The notes beneath the pieces are model-generated. The model worked only from the letters and a program-made list of their open reading frames with translations. It searched no databases and was not told the origin of the DNA. From NCBI GenBank assembly GCA_964106645.2, contig OZ067040.1: a stretch of DNA of 64,000 bases. One strand, given 5' to 3'. The DNA comes from Podarcis pityusensis. Taxonomy: Eukaryota. This document shows positions 11,976 through 24,542 of the stretch, in pieces (position 1 is the stretch's first letter; every line of letters begins with the position of its first letter). The translations under genes and the position numbers were made by a program.

Positions 11976-13662
11976 GAAGTGTACTTGAGTTCTCCACCAG
12001 ATATGGGGGAATCCTGAGTGAATCAGGATTCCTCTTTGTGTGAAGGAGCTTAGCACATGTGTATGACCCCTTCACACAGCTACTGAATGCACAACTGACA
12101 GAGGGTATAGCAGGTATTGTATCAGTCGTGGAGGATGGGACTAGCTATTAGGCTCCTTCAACAACATCACATGTGTTTTCAGAATGTGAAGCAGATCACC
12201 TGAAGGCCACTTACCACATCAAAGCGAGCTTCTGTTTTCCATGCTTACCTCGATACTCAAAATATCTCATTGTAGTTCCTCACATTCCAATTAAATAGTT
12301 ATAACAGCAACAGCAACAACCACACTGATGTGGTGAAAATAATCTAAAAATTCATTGTGAGTTTTACATGCCCCAAAATAACTTAAGTAACTGGCCTGAA
12401 CTGGTTAGCAATTGCGTGAGTTTGCAAAGCTTTTGCCTGAAGCTTTCTAAATAGTCTACTAAGCGTGCAACAATAAGTAGTTTTATTTTTTCTGGGCTTT
12501 AGTGAGCCCGTTTCACACCTCCATGTGTAACTCTATAGAGAGTAAGGTTACTTCAGAAACATGGCAACATGATAGGATTTTGTTGCAGAAAAAAATGCAT
12601 GTATGTGGTGAATGCACAGGTCTATTGCACCACAAAATACAGGCCAGTATTTTTCCAATGGAATAGTTTACATGGGATACATGGGAATTTTCCTACATTT
12701 GTTTATTTGAGTCACTTTTGGCTTCCTCTTCATTACATTCATTTCCAGAGTGGGTTGAAATATACATGGAACTCATATATGGCATTGGTGTTTGTATATG
12801 GCAGTGATGTCAGGCCTGAGATGTCTCCCTTTCTCTGTCCCTCTTTCTCTTTCTGAGCTCTGCCTTCAAGGAGCTTGGCCCACAAAAGTTTAGTGGACTT
12901 GCTCTAGAAGTTGGCCATCGCACCGGTAGAGTAATAAGGACTTTATTTCTATAGATAACCTTCACCCCCATCTATTTTTGGAATGCCAGAGAATCAATAT
13001 GTTCTACCCAGAACCTTCTAATTTAAACCATCTTTAGGACACTGGTTGTTCAGTATCAATTACAGCTCTTTTGCTTCACCTGGGAAGAATAAGAGATGAA
13101 AATAGTGTCTGGTTGAGCAATTACTGGGCTATTTTGAAAAGGTATGTTGAAGGCCCTTTTAATATTTAATGGAAGTCATCACTGGAATGCAGATTGGTTA
13201 TCAAGATATCAACTATCTAATAAATCAGTTACCCCCCAGCTGGCATCTTTTAGGTGCATTACTCATCTTCGGCAAGTGTAATTGAGGATAAAAAAGTGTA
13301 ACACTGATGGAGGCCTCTTCTTCATCTCCAGAACTCTTGTTTTAATTCTTGAACCGTCAATGGAAAGAGGATCTTCTACATTTAATTGCACACCTGTTGG
13401 ATATTTTAAGAAGAAAAAGCCCTCCAGTTTAGTTGAATTAGGGTCGTGCGTGTATATGTAAATGGAAAAATCCTGTTAAATCCTACCAAATTCATTGATT
13501 GTATTCCTAAAAACTTATATCTACCAAACTGTTTTAATAAATTAATTCAAAACTAATTATGTAGGATCAGTGAAGTTCGGAGGTGTCAGCTGAAAAAAGA
13601 AGACGTGCTCTCCAATAGAGCAAAGCTATACAACCCATATCACCTGCTCTAAGTTTCTGGAC

Positions 13663-13795
13663 ACCAGCGGTAGCCCATACAGTAGCCTCCATATATTGTT
13701 GGACTACAACTCCCATCGTACCTGGCCAGGTTGGCTGAGGCCGATGGAAATAATAACTCAGCAGCGTCTGAAGAGCACCATGTTAGCCATGCTAA
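13663..13795. mobile_element. hAT-type palindromic MITE copy
   Basis: 'ttgttggactacaactcccatcgtacctggccagg...gatgg...cagcagcgtctgaagagcacc'. Confidence 0.7.
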
Positions 13796-14497
13796 AAAAT
13801 ATTAAAGTTCTCTAAGCAAACATGCCACTATAATTCCTACTTGAGGCTAATTCATCTTGAAGGTTGGTTTCAAAGTTTGTTGAAATAGTCCCAGCTGCTT
13901 CAGTTCTATCTTCTTTTTCAGAAGAGCTTTGACATTTGAGGAAAGCATTGCGTTGTCTTCCTTTTTTCGTCTTTTCCTCCCTGGGGTTGCCTGTTGCTCC
14001 TGGGAACTCTTTCTTCTGTTTAATGAGATATTTCTTGTCAGTTGCAAGGAGTAACCTTGATGATACCTTGATCTCTGTGTCTGTCTCTATATCCTTTTGT
14101 TGCTGCTGCTGTTGAATGGTGAAGATTTCTCCCAGAAATCCTTCCCTGTCATAGAACCTTTCTAGAGTGTCAAGGATTGACTTCCAAACATCTGGTGATC
14201 ATTGATATTTTTGTTAGCGAGACATCAATGCTTTTTAACCTGACTATAGAGTATGAACCAGGATGCAGTCCCTGGAGCTCTGGAGGGAACCCCACTTCCT
14301 CTTAAACAGTTTTCTGAGTAATTACGTTTGAATATTTTTAAACATTTGTGAATCTCAAACCAATGTTTGTTTGACAAATAAACATCAAGGCTTCCAGGAT
14401 ACTGACATGGAGCTCATAGCACAGTGAGTGCATGTTTATTGACATTGAAGGCTCCTCACTTCCATTTTGTTCAAAGGTTCTGAAGAAAAGTGAGTGC

Positions 14498-14498
14498 A

Positions 14499-14531
<33 letters not shown>
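14498..14531. repeat. (AAT)n microsatellite
   Basis: Directly visible. Confidence 0.95.
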
Positions 14532-15191
14532 CCATGCTCATTTCACTCTGTACATTCCATCCCCAAACCTGTGAGTGAATGCATTAATGCATTAATATAA
14601 TGAACCTGCAGCATAATGTCTGAATCAAAAGCAGAGTTATCTTTTGGTATATTGCTCAACTCTTTCGTTTGTAAAGCTATGTATTAAAAAGAAGGCACTC
14701 ATGAAGCACCCATTTTCTTTAGACCTTTCTGCAAACAAGGACTTCCATCATTAATTTAAAAAATATAATCACTGGGCCTTGGCACTCAATCACATCCAGA
14801 AACATTTGAATAATGAAAAATTGTTTGTCAGTTCTAAATATGGCTCTAGTTTTGAGCCCTAAAAATTCAGATGTCACGTTGTAAAACTGTCTTAATGCAA
14901 AATCTGATGATATTTGAATTTTTTGTGTATTTTTTGTTTTCACATTCTGAATTTGATTTGCATTAATTTTACATTAGTTTAAGATTGATGGGGCACTACC
15001 ACAGGATATACCTATTTAACTATGAAAAAGAAAATATAGTCTATTGTTTCATAGGTAAACAGAATTTTAGCAAGTCTGACTTTTCAAACTCTATAGCACT
15101 TTGCCAGAATCCCTGTTATAGCTAGCAGTTAAAGTTACAGGTTCTACAATGTTGAAAAGCTGGCTATCCTGGCATAGAACTATACTTTAAA

Positions 15192-15332
15192 TCTTGGGAA
15201 GGGAAACTGTGGCTCTCCAAATGTTGCTGGACTACAACTCCCATCTTCCATGACCACTGGCCATGCTAATTGGGACTGATGGGAGCTTGAGTAAAAAAAC
15301 AACAACCTAGAGTCACAGGTTCCTTACTCCTA
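15192..15332. mobile_element. hAT-type palindromic MITE copy
   Basis: 'ggactacaactcccatcttccatgaccactggccatgct...gatgggagcttg'. Confidence 0.75.
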
Positions 15333-16394
15333 ACTTAAGCAACAGTTTGAGCCATTTTGAATGATTTATTGTTCTGGGTTAGTACAACATAAATCATTTG
15401 GCTGAATCAAAAGCATTATTTCTGGTAGCAGCGCATAGGTTCAGAATAGTACATGATATTTCTTCCTGTATATCATAATTAATTGTACCAGCCACACCTA
15501 ATGATGCTTACTGGTTTGATTCTTATTGATGTTACCCACCTTGGAGATTTCTAATGAAATGGAAAGGATGGTTTAAAAACCTCTCAATCAATAAGAAATA
15601 AAAAATAAACACTTCTGTAACTTACTGGTCTTTTCTGTGAATAAAATAAAAGCACCTGGATTATTTAGTGTAGAAGAATGTAAAGTAGCATCCATTTAGT
15701 GACCTGGCCATGCACATCAGCAGATAGTTTCCTGAACATGGTGAAACTGACTGCATCGAGCATTTCATAGGTGATAGCAGTAATATGTTAAATTGAAAAC
15801 TGTTACTTTGCTGATGCTGTTAGTGTTGTAGAGAAGCTTAAAAGACCCAGTTGAATGTGCGAGGCAGCTTTTAGAATTTAAATTGCAGACATGAGAAATG
15901 CAAATATTACAGCATCATTTGTGCAAATGACCATAGAGGGTGACTGGCAATACATGTAGAACAATTGCTGCGAGAAGAGCTAAGGGGTGTAAGGGGACAC
16001 AACAATTACATGGAGCCTAAAAACATCTGGCAACTATGATGTGTACATCTATCAGCACAGCAAATTTGCAATTAATTGTCCTAAAGATGGATGTTTAAGG
16101 AGGCGGCAAAAATTGGCCTGATATGCTGTGTCAAACATTTCTGCCAAGCTTCCTTTAATGCTAATAAATCATAAAATGTGGCCTAGACAAGCTTTTTCAT
16201 ATTTTAAATGCCCCCCCCTTTCTACTTGTATGGGGTATTCTGATTTAATTTCTGTATGATAATGTTACAGTCTAGAAGTTGCCATCCATGACCCCACATA
16301 CTTGTGGATCATGTGGTAGACAGCAGTACAGGCTTAACAGGAAAGCTAAGATTTGGAAAGGGTGGATGGAAATATTTTTATTCAATATTCCCTC

Positions 16395-16458
16395 AGAGGC
16401 CCCGGTTTAAGAACGGACTTCTGGAACGTATTAAGTTCGTAAACCGAGGTACCACTGT
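16395..16458. mobile_element. Truncated Tc1/mariner MITE end
   Basis: Ends 'ttcgtaaaccgaggtaccactg' + TA, the same terminal inverted repeat as 23447-23689. The other end is missing. Confidence 0.75.
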
Positions 16459-17323
16459 ATCTAGAAAATTTTGAATGCATTTTAAAAAAGAAAAAACCCA
16501 ACAGAGACTGGGTGAAATGTGGTTCAATACATACTCCAAAAAACAAATATATTCTGTGAGCCTGTTTGTATTGCCCTGACAGATAGTAATTTGTATTTAC
16601 CAGTTCAATACATCAAAATAAAATGCAACCTTCTCCCTTAAAAAAAAAAAAAAGATTTTGAGCAGAAGATGTCCTTTAAGTAGGTAGAATATTGAAATGA
16701 CGAAGAAAAGTTTTTAAATTCTTCATAGAATAATGTAAAGGAGTTTTATCAGAAAGAGATAACCCATGGTCTATGCACATATTTTAAGAAGAAACATTTG
16801 GAGGAATATTCCAATAAATGGCAAAAAGTGCTATGCATTTATTCACTTCCACTGGAATAAGCTTTCTCAATTACTAGAATGAATATGTCCCCAGTTTCAC
16901 TGCATCTTTCTCAGCCACTAAGTGTATTCCAAAGGTTATTGAAAGCATGTAAATGCAAGCTCTGAAACACACAAAAGCTCTAAAGATATTCCCTCTTCAT
17001 CATTTTAAAGTTCCCCAAAGATTTAGGCATTTTAAGGCAGAGAGACTCAATTTTATAAATGAGTCAAAAGGATGCAGAGCCAAAGCAAAGACCCCAAACT
17101 AAAGCAGAGGGTGGGAAACCTTGGGGTGGGGCCGGATGCACCCCTCTAGGACTTTCTATCCAGTCCTCGGTACTTTTCCCAGGCCACACCCCACTTCCCT
17201 AGTCACACTTCCTTTCCCCAGACCAGCCTTCCTTAGCACCCTCCTTAAGAACTCTGGCCTGGCTGGCATTATGTCCTTGAGTTGTGAATGTGAGTCTTGC
17301 TTGTCTTGATGGAGGATGCTGAA

Positions 17324-17325
<2 letters not shown>

Positions 17326-17364
<39 letters not shown>
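17326..17364. repeat. (TG)n microsatellite
   Basis: Directly visible. Confidence 0.95.
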
Positions 17365-17368
<4 letters not shown>

Positions 17369-18144
17369 CCTCTAACTTGGGTGGAATGTAAAAAGAATCA
17401 TATTCGTTGCTCCTCTCTCTTTTACCCCTGGCCCCCACCCCCCACTGGTGGTTGCAGGAAAGTTGTCCTCAAGGGAAAGTGGTCTTCAGATTGAAAATGG
17501 CTCCCCATATCTGTCTAGAGGTCTTTCTCTTTCACTGTGTTACAGTGGCAATCACTCAGTTTAGGTAAATGACACAAGTTAGCAATCCACAGCAACAACG
17601 ATTTTGTAGCTACTGTATCTAGAATGCTGACACGCTCTTCTCAAGATGGTACTATGAAATTTTCAGGTTGCAAAATGATTGCCTTTAATCTTTAATATGG
17701 TTAAGCAGCAGGAGGTAAATAGACATTTGAACATAGCTTTGCTTTTTATAAGTGGCATTTAATATGTTCAGAATCTCCTAGACAACGTCTCTTCTGTCCG
17801 ATGCTTTTGGCTTTTAGGGTTTTAATTTGTACTGTATGCTAGTGGAAATAATGGAAAGTTCAGAAGATTTCCTTAGGGGGAAGCATGGTGTCTTGAGCCG
17901 GACCATCTGCTTCCAAAATGCAAAAATAATTAAAGGACACATTTCACCAGGACCTTCTCTCATGAAGGTCCCATTGAAATGAATGAGAGGTGTGTATGAA
18001 GCAGCATCTCTTGTGCAAGTGCTTGCTCAGAAAGTGTTATCACTGGATTGTGGCCAATAACAGATCTTTACGAAAGAGAACTATGACTTAAAAAATGAAA
18101 ACAAATGTTATTTCCCCCTTCACATTTGCTATACAGCTGCCATA

Positions 18145-18305
18145 GCTGCACCTGGCAAACTGCTTTAACAATTACTTCCTCTGCTCTGGGAAACCTGGGA
18201 ACTGTAGTTCTGTGAAGGCAACTTGGGAATGCTGTTAATTCTTAGCATCCCCACTAAACACCCATTTTCAGAATCGGAGCTCTTATACACATTTGCACTG
18301 TACAT
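18145..18305. mobile_element. Palindromic MITE copy (ctgggaactgtagtt family)
   Basis: 'ctctgggaaacctgggaactgtagttctgtgaagg...cttagcatcccc'. Confidence 0.6.
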
Positions 18306-19424
18306 ACAACAGGTGATTTAGAACTTCCCCTGTGCTGCTGGAAAAACAACTTGGGATAGTATTACAGAGATCTGATCACCTTATGAAACTAATACTCTGT
18401 TCTGAAACATCTACTTCTAACCATGGCATTTTATATTATTCCATGTTTGCTGTGGCCATACAAAAATGCAGTTCTGCAGGTCAGAGCTGGTGGGTAGGAA
18501 CAGAGCCGTCCCAGCCATTAGGCAGGGTGAGGCCACTGTCTCAGGGCACTTCATTGGTTATTCTTTGACCCTGACTTGTGGCTTACTCCTTACACCTGCT
18601 TCCTGGCTTGCCCTTTGGTTCTGGCTTCTTTGCATGTCCTCGCAATGAGTGTGTACTATAGTTCCTGGCTCACCTAAGTCAAAAGTACCACTCATACCTT
18701 TAGTATGTACCTTTAGACTCATGCCCTTTAAAACATTGCTCTTTTTATTTGAAAAAAAAGCAGGATGAATTTCTAGCCTTACTATTCAGCTGTAAGGCTC
18801 CCAAGGAGAAAACTTTTGTTAAATTATTGGTTCCTTCTGAACTGAATGCCCATGGGCTCTTGAAAACAGTGTGTATCTATTTTTTTGTTCCTTTGTTTCT
18901 TCATTAAAAGAATCAAGGTCTCTTGCCCCTGAAATGAAAAAGGGGGAAAAAAACCCACAACACTATCACAGTCTTTCTCTGCACACCAGTCTTGTGCTGA
19001 TAGAGAACTTTAGCTATCATGCTGTGTCGTTCTGAACTAATCCTCCTTGCTAAGAAAACTTTGATAGATTTCAGCTTCCTTTTATTTCCCACCCAATAGC
19101 GATCATTGTGGCGCAAAATAATTTTGGAGGTTCTCGGGTAAGAAAAAAAGTGCTATTAAAGTAAGCTTTATTGATCTCTGTTGCAGGAGGTCTTATCACA
19201 GCTGACACCATCTGCGACTGCAAAAATGGCTTTTAACCAACCATAGAATAGTTAGTGCATTTAAGTGAAGATGGGCTTTTTCCTCCTTTTAAAGAATCAG
19301 ATACAACAAACCTATCCTGGTGTGAAATTATAGATTCAAACGACTTGAAATTTATTTCTTTAAAGTTCATCCATTATTGTATTCATTTTCTCTCTCATCT
19401 TATTTTGATTTCTGAGGCTTCTTT

Positions 19425-19456
19425 AAAAAGAAAAGAAAAGAAAAGAAAAGAAAAAG
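19425..19456. repeat. (AAAAG)n microsatellite
   Basis: Directly visible. Confidence 0.9.
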
Positions 19457-20859
19457 AGGATGGGAAGAACTTAAAAAGTTAATTCCAGCTTATTGCAAAC
19501 ACATGGGATGCCTTTGTTAGGACGAGGAGGGTGAGCATATGGGAATTCTTCAAGGCTGCACTATACCATATGGCACATTATGTCTTGTGCACTGCATTAT
19601 ACTTCAATATTCTTCACCTAAATGGAGTACTAAATTTGCAATAAGGACGTCTTTGCTCTTTCGGTTACTCAAGAAGTTGTCTTGCCTTAACTCTGATATG
19701 CATTCAGGCTTTGTGAAAGGGACTGCTGTGGAACACTGCCATGCTCTAGGCACTATGCAGAGCATAGGTGACGTGGCATGCTTCCATTTTGGAAGTGACT
19801 TCTGTCGGACAAGGTTCACAAATCTTTTGGGCCCTGTGCGCACATAGGAAAACCAGAGAAACTGTTGCGGGCACCACACACCCCTCACAATGAAGCACAC
19901 ACTGCAGCCTGTTCCACGGGCTACAGCTGAATACTGCTTTCACTTTGAAGTTCATCTGGAGGGTGTGGTGGGGAGAGGACATGGGGGCAGCAGGGAGGCC
20001 TCTGTATTCTCATGTGTGCCTGTTGATGCCATGTCAGTGATGCCTGCTGTAGGCCACTGGCCTGTGAAATGCAGTTTAGAATATTACTGATTCACTCAAC
20101 CGCATTGCCATGACAAGTCATGTAACTTTTCCCCACTTTCCATGAACCAGAAGGCCGCAGATGTTGTCCAGCAGAACAAATCTCTAGGCAAGCTTAATGA
20201 GACAAATGACAAGTCGTTATTGAGGACACTAAAGTTCCCCAATAAAGGTTGGATTTCTGCTCAAAATCTATTAGGGCACTTTATGTCCTTCTCTTTCATA
20301 GCCTTCGAAAACCTTCCATAAAAAATGTGTTTACTGCTGTCTCAGATGATGAAGTCAGATTTAAAGGTGTTTTTTAAAAAAGTTTTCCAGAGCATTTTTC
20401 CTCTGTGTTTTTGTTTCAGATTTTACTGCTTTGAATGCAAACACAGATGAAACTAAGTATGAGTCGTAACCAGAAGGCTTGTCTTAAAAGATGATGCAGT
20501 TATACCTTCCCTTAATGAAATAAGATGTTACTTTCTCAAAGATAGACGGCTTACATTAGAACCATAAAATCAATAGGAAGGTCATGAATCCCAGTTCTCT
20601 GAATCAAGCTAACTTTCTTTATGTTGAAACATCCCAAAGATTGTAAAAAGAGCCCCGTGGGGGTCAGTCCAAATACAGCATCTGATGCCCACAGTAGCCA
20701 ACAAACAGGACAAAAGCCTTCTCCCACTGTTCGTTTATTTATTTAATAAACTTATGCCTACTTTTTCAGAAATCTTCTTTACAAAGCAGCTTACACTCTG
20801 TTTAATTTTTTTAACAAGCATTATGATACATAAAAGACAGATGGAGAGGAAACTTTTAT

Positions 20860-21200
20860 TCCATAAATTCATCAAATGAATAAAACAGCAAAGCAACATT
20901 AAAACCCAGAGCCACACAAAATCAGTTTCTACAGATATGTTACCCACTAAAAGCCACTGAGAGGAGCTGGGTCTTCCATGCCCTTTTAAACATTGCAAGA
21001 GATGAGGCCTGCCACACTCTGAAAGGGACAGAGTTCCACAAGAGAGGTGCCACAGCAGAGAGGACTTTATTACAGGTGGTCAGCAATCTTAACAGGTGGA
21101 CATCTAAGCCAAACTTCTGATGTTGATCTCGTGGAATGGGCAGGTTGACATGACAGCACACCATTCTTCAAGTAGCTTGGGCCAAAACCATCTAGGGCAA
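20860..21200 (-). mobile_element. L2 LINE 3' fragment
   Basis: ORF 20940-21164 contains LSAVAPLLWNSVPFRVWQASSLAMFKRAWKTQLL, resembling the L2 C-terminus FSVAAPxLWNSLP.EIRQA.SL..F...LKT.LF. Confidence 0.8.
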
Positions 21201-21204
21201 GGTG

Positions 21205-21426
21205 GTGTCCATATTTGGTAGACTATCATAAAGAACTATAATTTCCAGAGTTCTCTGGGAAGAGAAATTCATTGTTAAACCACTCTAGGAACTGTAGTTC
21301 TGTGAGGGAATTGGGGTTCTTCTGAGAACTCCCAGCATCCTTAATAAACTACAGTTCCCAGGATTCTTTGGAGGAAGTCGCAACTATTTAAAGTGATACT
21401 TTTGATGTCTAGTGCAGATGGTGCCC
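21205..21426. mobile_element. Palindromic MITE copy (ctgggaactgtagtt family)
   Basis: 'ggaactgtagttctgtgaggg...aaactacagttcccaggattctttgg...tgtctagtgcagatggtgccc'. Confidence 0.75.
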
Positions 21427-22989
21427 ATGTCTCAGCATCTAGCAATATCAATATTGTAAAGACATTTGTGATCATTTGCTAGGCCAAAATCCAATAATCC
21501 AACTTAATTACACAGTTGTCTTCGACATAGTAAAGTCTTCAACAGCTTGCCCAGTTTTCAAGCATAAAGCCACTTGTGTGAAATTCAAACTGAAAATTCA
21601 CTCCAAGACGGAAAACAGCTTTCACATAAACACTTCCACCTCTCATCAGCAAATACCTGTAGAGGTATGACATTTAGCCCTGTGGAAGACAATGGAAGGA
21701 CCCGCTTGACTTAGCTGGTGCTGGTAACTTAATCAGTGAATTGAGGCAACATATTTCAGAGATAGGGTGGTGCTTGCTTCCGTGCAAGAGACAAATAGCA
21801 TGGACAATATAGGTATATTTTGCTCACTCAAAAGAGGCCAGCTGAAGAAGAGATCAATATGTATTTGTAGAAGATGCTTGCCAATACAGCACTAGTTCTT
21901 CAAGGGATCCCAAGCAACCAGATGCTGGGTGCTCTCAGAGTTGCTAATGTCAGTTTCAAATAAGCAGCCCCACCTCAGACACCCCCCTATGTTAAGGAAG
22001 AAGGAAAAGCATGTTGCTAAGCAACCACAGCACCCTGTTCTACTTACTCAGCACCTTGGCGAAATGGATGAGCTTAATATGGTACACATTTTATGAAAAT
22101 GCTATAGGTGGGAATAGAAATTCCCTTGGGACAGTGACTAATCTGGTGTGCCTGTGTGTCTGGAGCTTCCCTTCCTGTCCTGATAAGGCCACGGAAATTG
22201 AAGTGCAATATACACCACCTAGCTGATTTTCAGTCATTTTGAATTTCAAGTCCCGAACTTCTTGGTTTACCTCATTATGAGGTATTATTATTATTTTTAA
22301 AAGACTCATCATGCTGGTATTTTCCAAGTGAAATTGGCTGCTTAGTTGGGCACACAGCTATGGGAGCAAAATTTCCAAATTCTAATTGCACTGTGCACTC
22401 CAATTATGCTTATAATAGTGCATATATATATATATTCATTTGAATGTGAAGTTTTCCCTTTGTGATGAAAACAGAAGCCTTTGGAAAACTAATGTGTTTA
22501 TTTCTGTAGATGCCAGGATGCATTTATGGAAAGTGCTTTAACTCCAGCGATGCCAAGGCACTCTGCCTGAATGAGCCTATAGCAGTCTGCATTCTGAAGC
22601 TGCCATCTCCCAAACAAAATATGTCTCCTAAGAACAGTGAAAATGAAATAATGTTTCACTAACCCCATGTGGAAGAGGGTGGGCAATAGCTCAAAAGAAA
22701 GATATTTTGGAATTTTATACAGTTCAAATAGTAAATGAACCTGACACTTCCCCAGAATTCCGCAGATAATGGCTCTTTAAGTACCTTCCTTATGAGGTCC
22801 TAGAGCAGCTCTTTCTCTTAATGTAATTTTCTTAAAAGCCATATTTCGAGCAGGAAAAATTATACTATTATTTCATTGTTATGACCATCAGCTTCAGGAT
22901 AAGCTTTGCTGCCTCCCATAAAACTGCCTAGAATAAAGTATATTAACTCCTGGGGAAAGTGTAAATTTTCTTATAATTACAGATTGATT

Positions 22990-23320
22990 CTGGTGCTCTC
23001 ACCTGCTCTAAGGCACTGGGAGTCAGCAGGGGAAAAGAAGAGGACGACGCGGCCAGCGGTGACTTTGCAACAGCGGAAAAGCAGGCAGCCACAACTCTCT
23101 TGGCGTTGTTGCCTTTCTCCACAAGCAAGCTGTTGAACTGAAGGTACAAAGAGATTGCTCACCCCCAATTTCTTGAGGTTCACAAAAGATGATGCATCCT
23201 ATGATCTTGCCCCCAGTGTAACCCCGGAGGAGGCGAAGTACAATGCTAAGCAGCAGCATAGCTCCTGGTAGTAGTAAGAGTTATGCAATCCCACATTTGT
23301 AGTGGGACTGGTGCCAGAGT
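22990..23320. repeat. CpG-containing interspersed repeat, family not identified
   Basis: GC-richer block with several overlapping non-homologous ORFs and ctggtg...tgccag-like ends. Weak support. Confidence 0.35.
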
Positions 23321-23446
23321 TCGTGTTGCTGGGCATCTGCTGTGGTCTGTACTGCCCATTTCCAGGGCTTCGTCTGCCCCTCATCCTCCTTGCTATTGCT
23401 TCTTGTTCACCTGCCCTCTCCGAAAAGGCAGTAAGGAGAAGGAGTA

Positions 23447-23689
23447 CAGTGGTACCTTGAGTTAAGTACTTAATTCGTTCCGGAGGTCTGTTCGTAACCT
23501 GAAACTGTTCTTAACCTGAAGCACCACTTTAGCTAACGGGGGCCTCCCGCTACTGCCGCGCCGCCAGAGCACGATTTCTGTTCTCATCCTGAAGCAAAGT
23601 TCTTAACCAGAGGTACTATTTCTGGGTTAGGGGAGTCTGTAACCTGAAGTGTATGTAACCTGAAGCGTATGTAACCTGAGGTACCACTA
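23447..23689. mobile_element. Tc1/mariner (Tigger-like) MITE
   Basis: TIR cagtggtacct...aggtaccacta flanked by TA on both sides, subterminal 'gtaacctgaag' repeats, CpG retained. Confidence 0.9.
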
Positions 23690-24349
23690 TAGTAGGTTTT
23701 GCATGCCTTCTCCTCTAGCTCCAATTGCTGGTGCTGAATGGGCCCAGAGTGGGAGGCCAGCAAAGAGGGCATGGCAATAGTAGGAAGGAAAAGGGGCAAA
23801 CTCAGGGAGATGGTTCTTGAGAGTATTTTGCTCAAGAATCAGCAAAAAACTGGAACCAGCAATATGCTCTAGCATGCATTCCCCAAATTCACACACTATG
23901 CAATCATTATGTACCATGACAGGGAAGGTAGCCCATCTAGGAGAAGGAAACTCTGATCCTAAACTACTTCTGCCTTGTGGCTGTACTCATTCCTGATAAT
24001 TTGTAGACTTAGGCTGCATCCAGACAGCACTTTATTCTGTTATCCTGATGTTTCTTTACCTGAGCATTTCTGTGTTTTATGTGAAGTCTTACACTGTGTA
24101 AAAGCCACTTCCGGAAATCTAGTGGAATCTAGTGAAAGGCTAGCATTCATTTCTGTTTTAATTATTTTCAGAAAAAAGTCCCTTTGCAAACCCATTAACT
24201 TGGGAAATTGTAGAAATTTTGCATTGCAATTCCATGTGCTGAAACTTGGGACACTATTTTGGCATACAGTTATTTCCCACCATTTAAAATTTAGCATGAC
24301 TTGTTGGTATAGGGATCAAAAAGCCACTGTTGCATAATGCAATGCTTGC

Positions 24350-24542
24350 AACCAGCTGGGATTGCATGACAGAGCCAGTTGCACAAACTGGTACTGCCAC
24401 AAGAGGATAGGCGTACTGCGATGAATTTTCATGAACACATAAAAAAAAAAATTGCAACCTGATTCAGAAATGTGGCAAATTGAATTTAAGATTCGGAAAA
24501 TGAGAAATGGAGAGAAACCAAAATGGGCAGATCCATCCCTGA
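24350..24542. repeat. Degraded lizard interspersed repeat (related fragments at about 25770-25925 and 34240-34385)
   Basis: 'gaaatgtggcaaattgaatt...gagaaaccaaaatgggcagatccatccct' shares similarity with the reverse complement of 34240-34385. Confidence 0.45.

Noticed and set aside
23635-23680. Short direct repeats resembling a CRISPR-like array
   Set aside because: They are subterminal repeats of a mariner MITE in eukaryotic DNA with no unique spacers.
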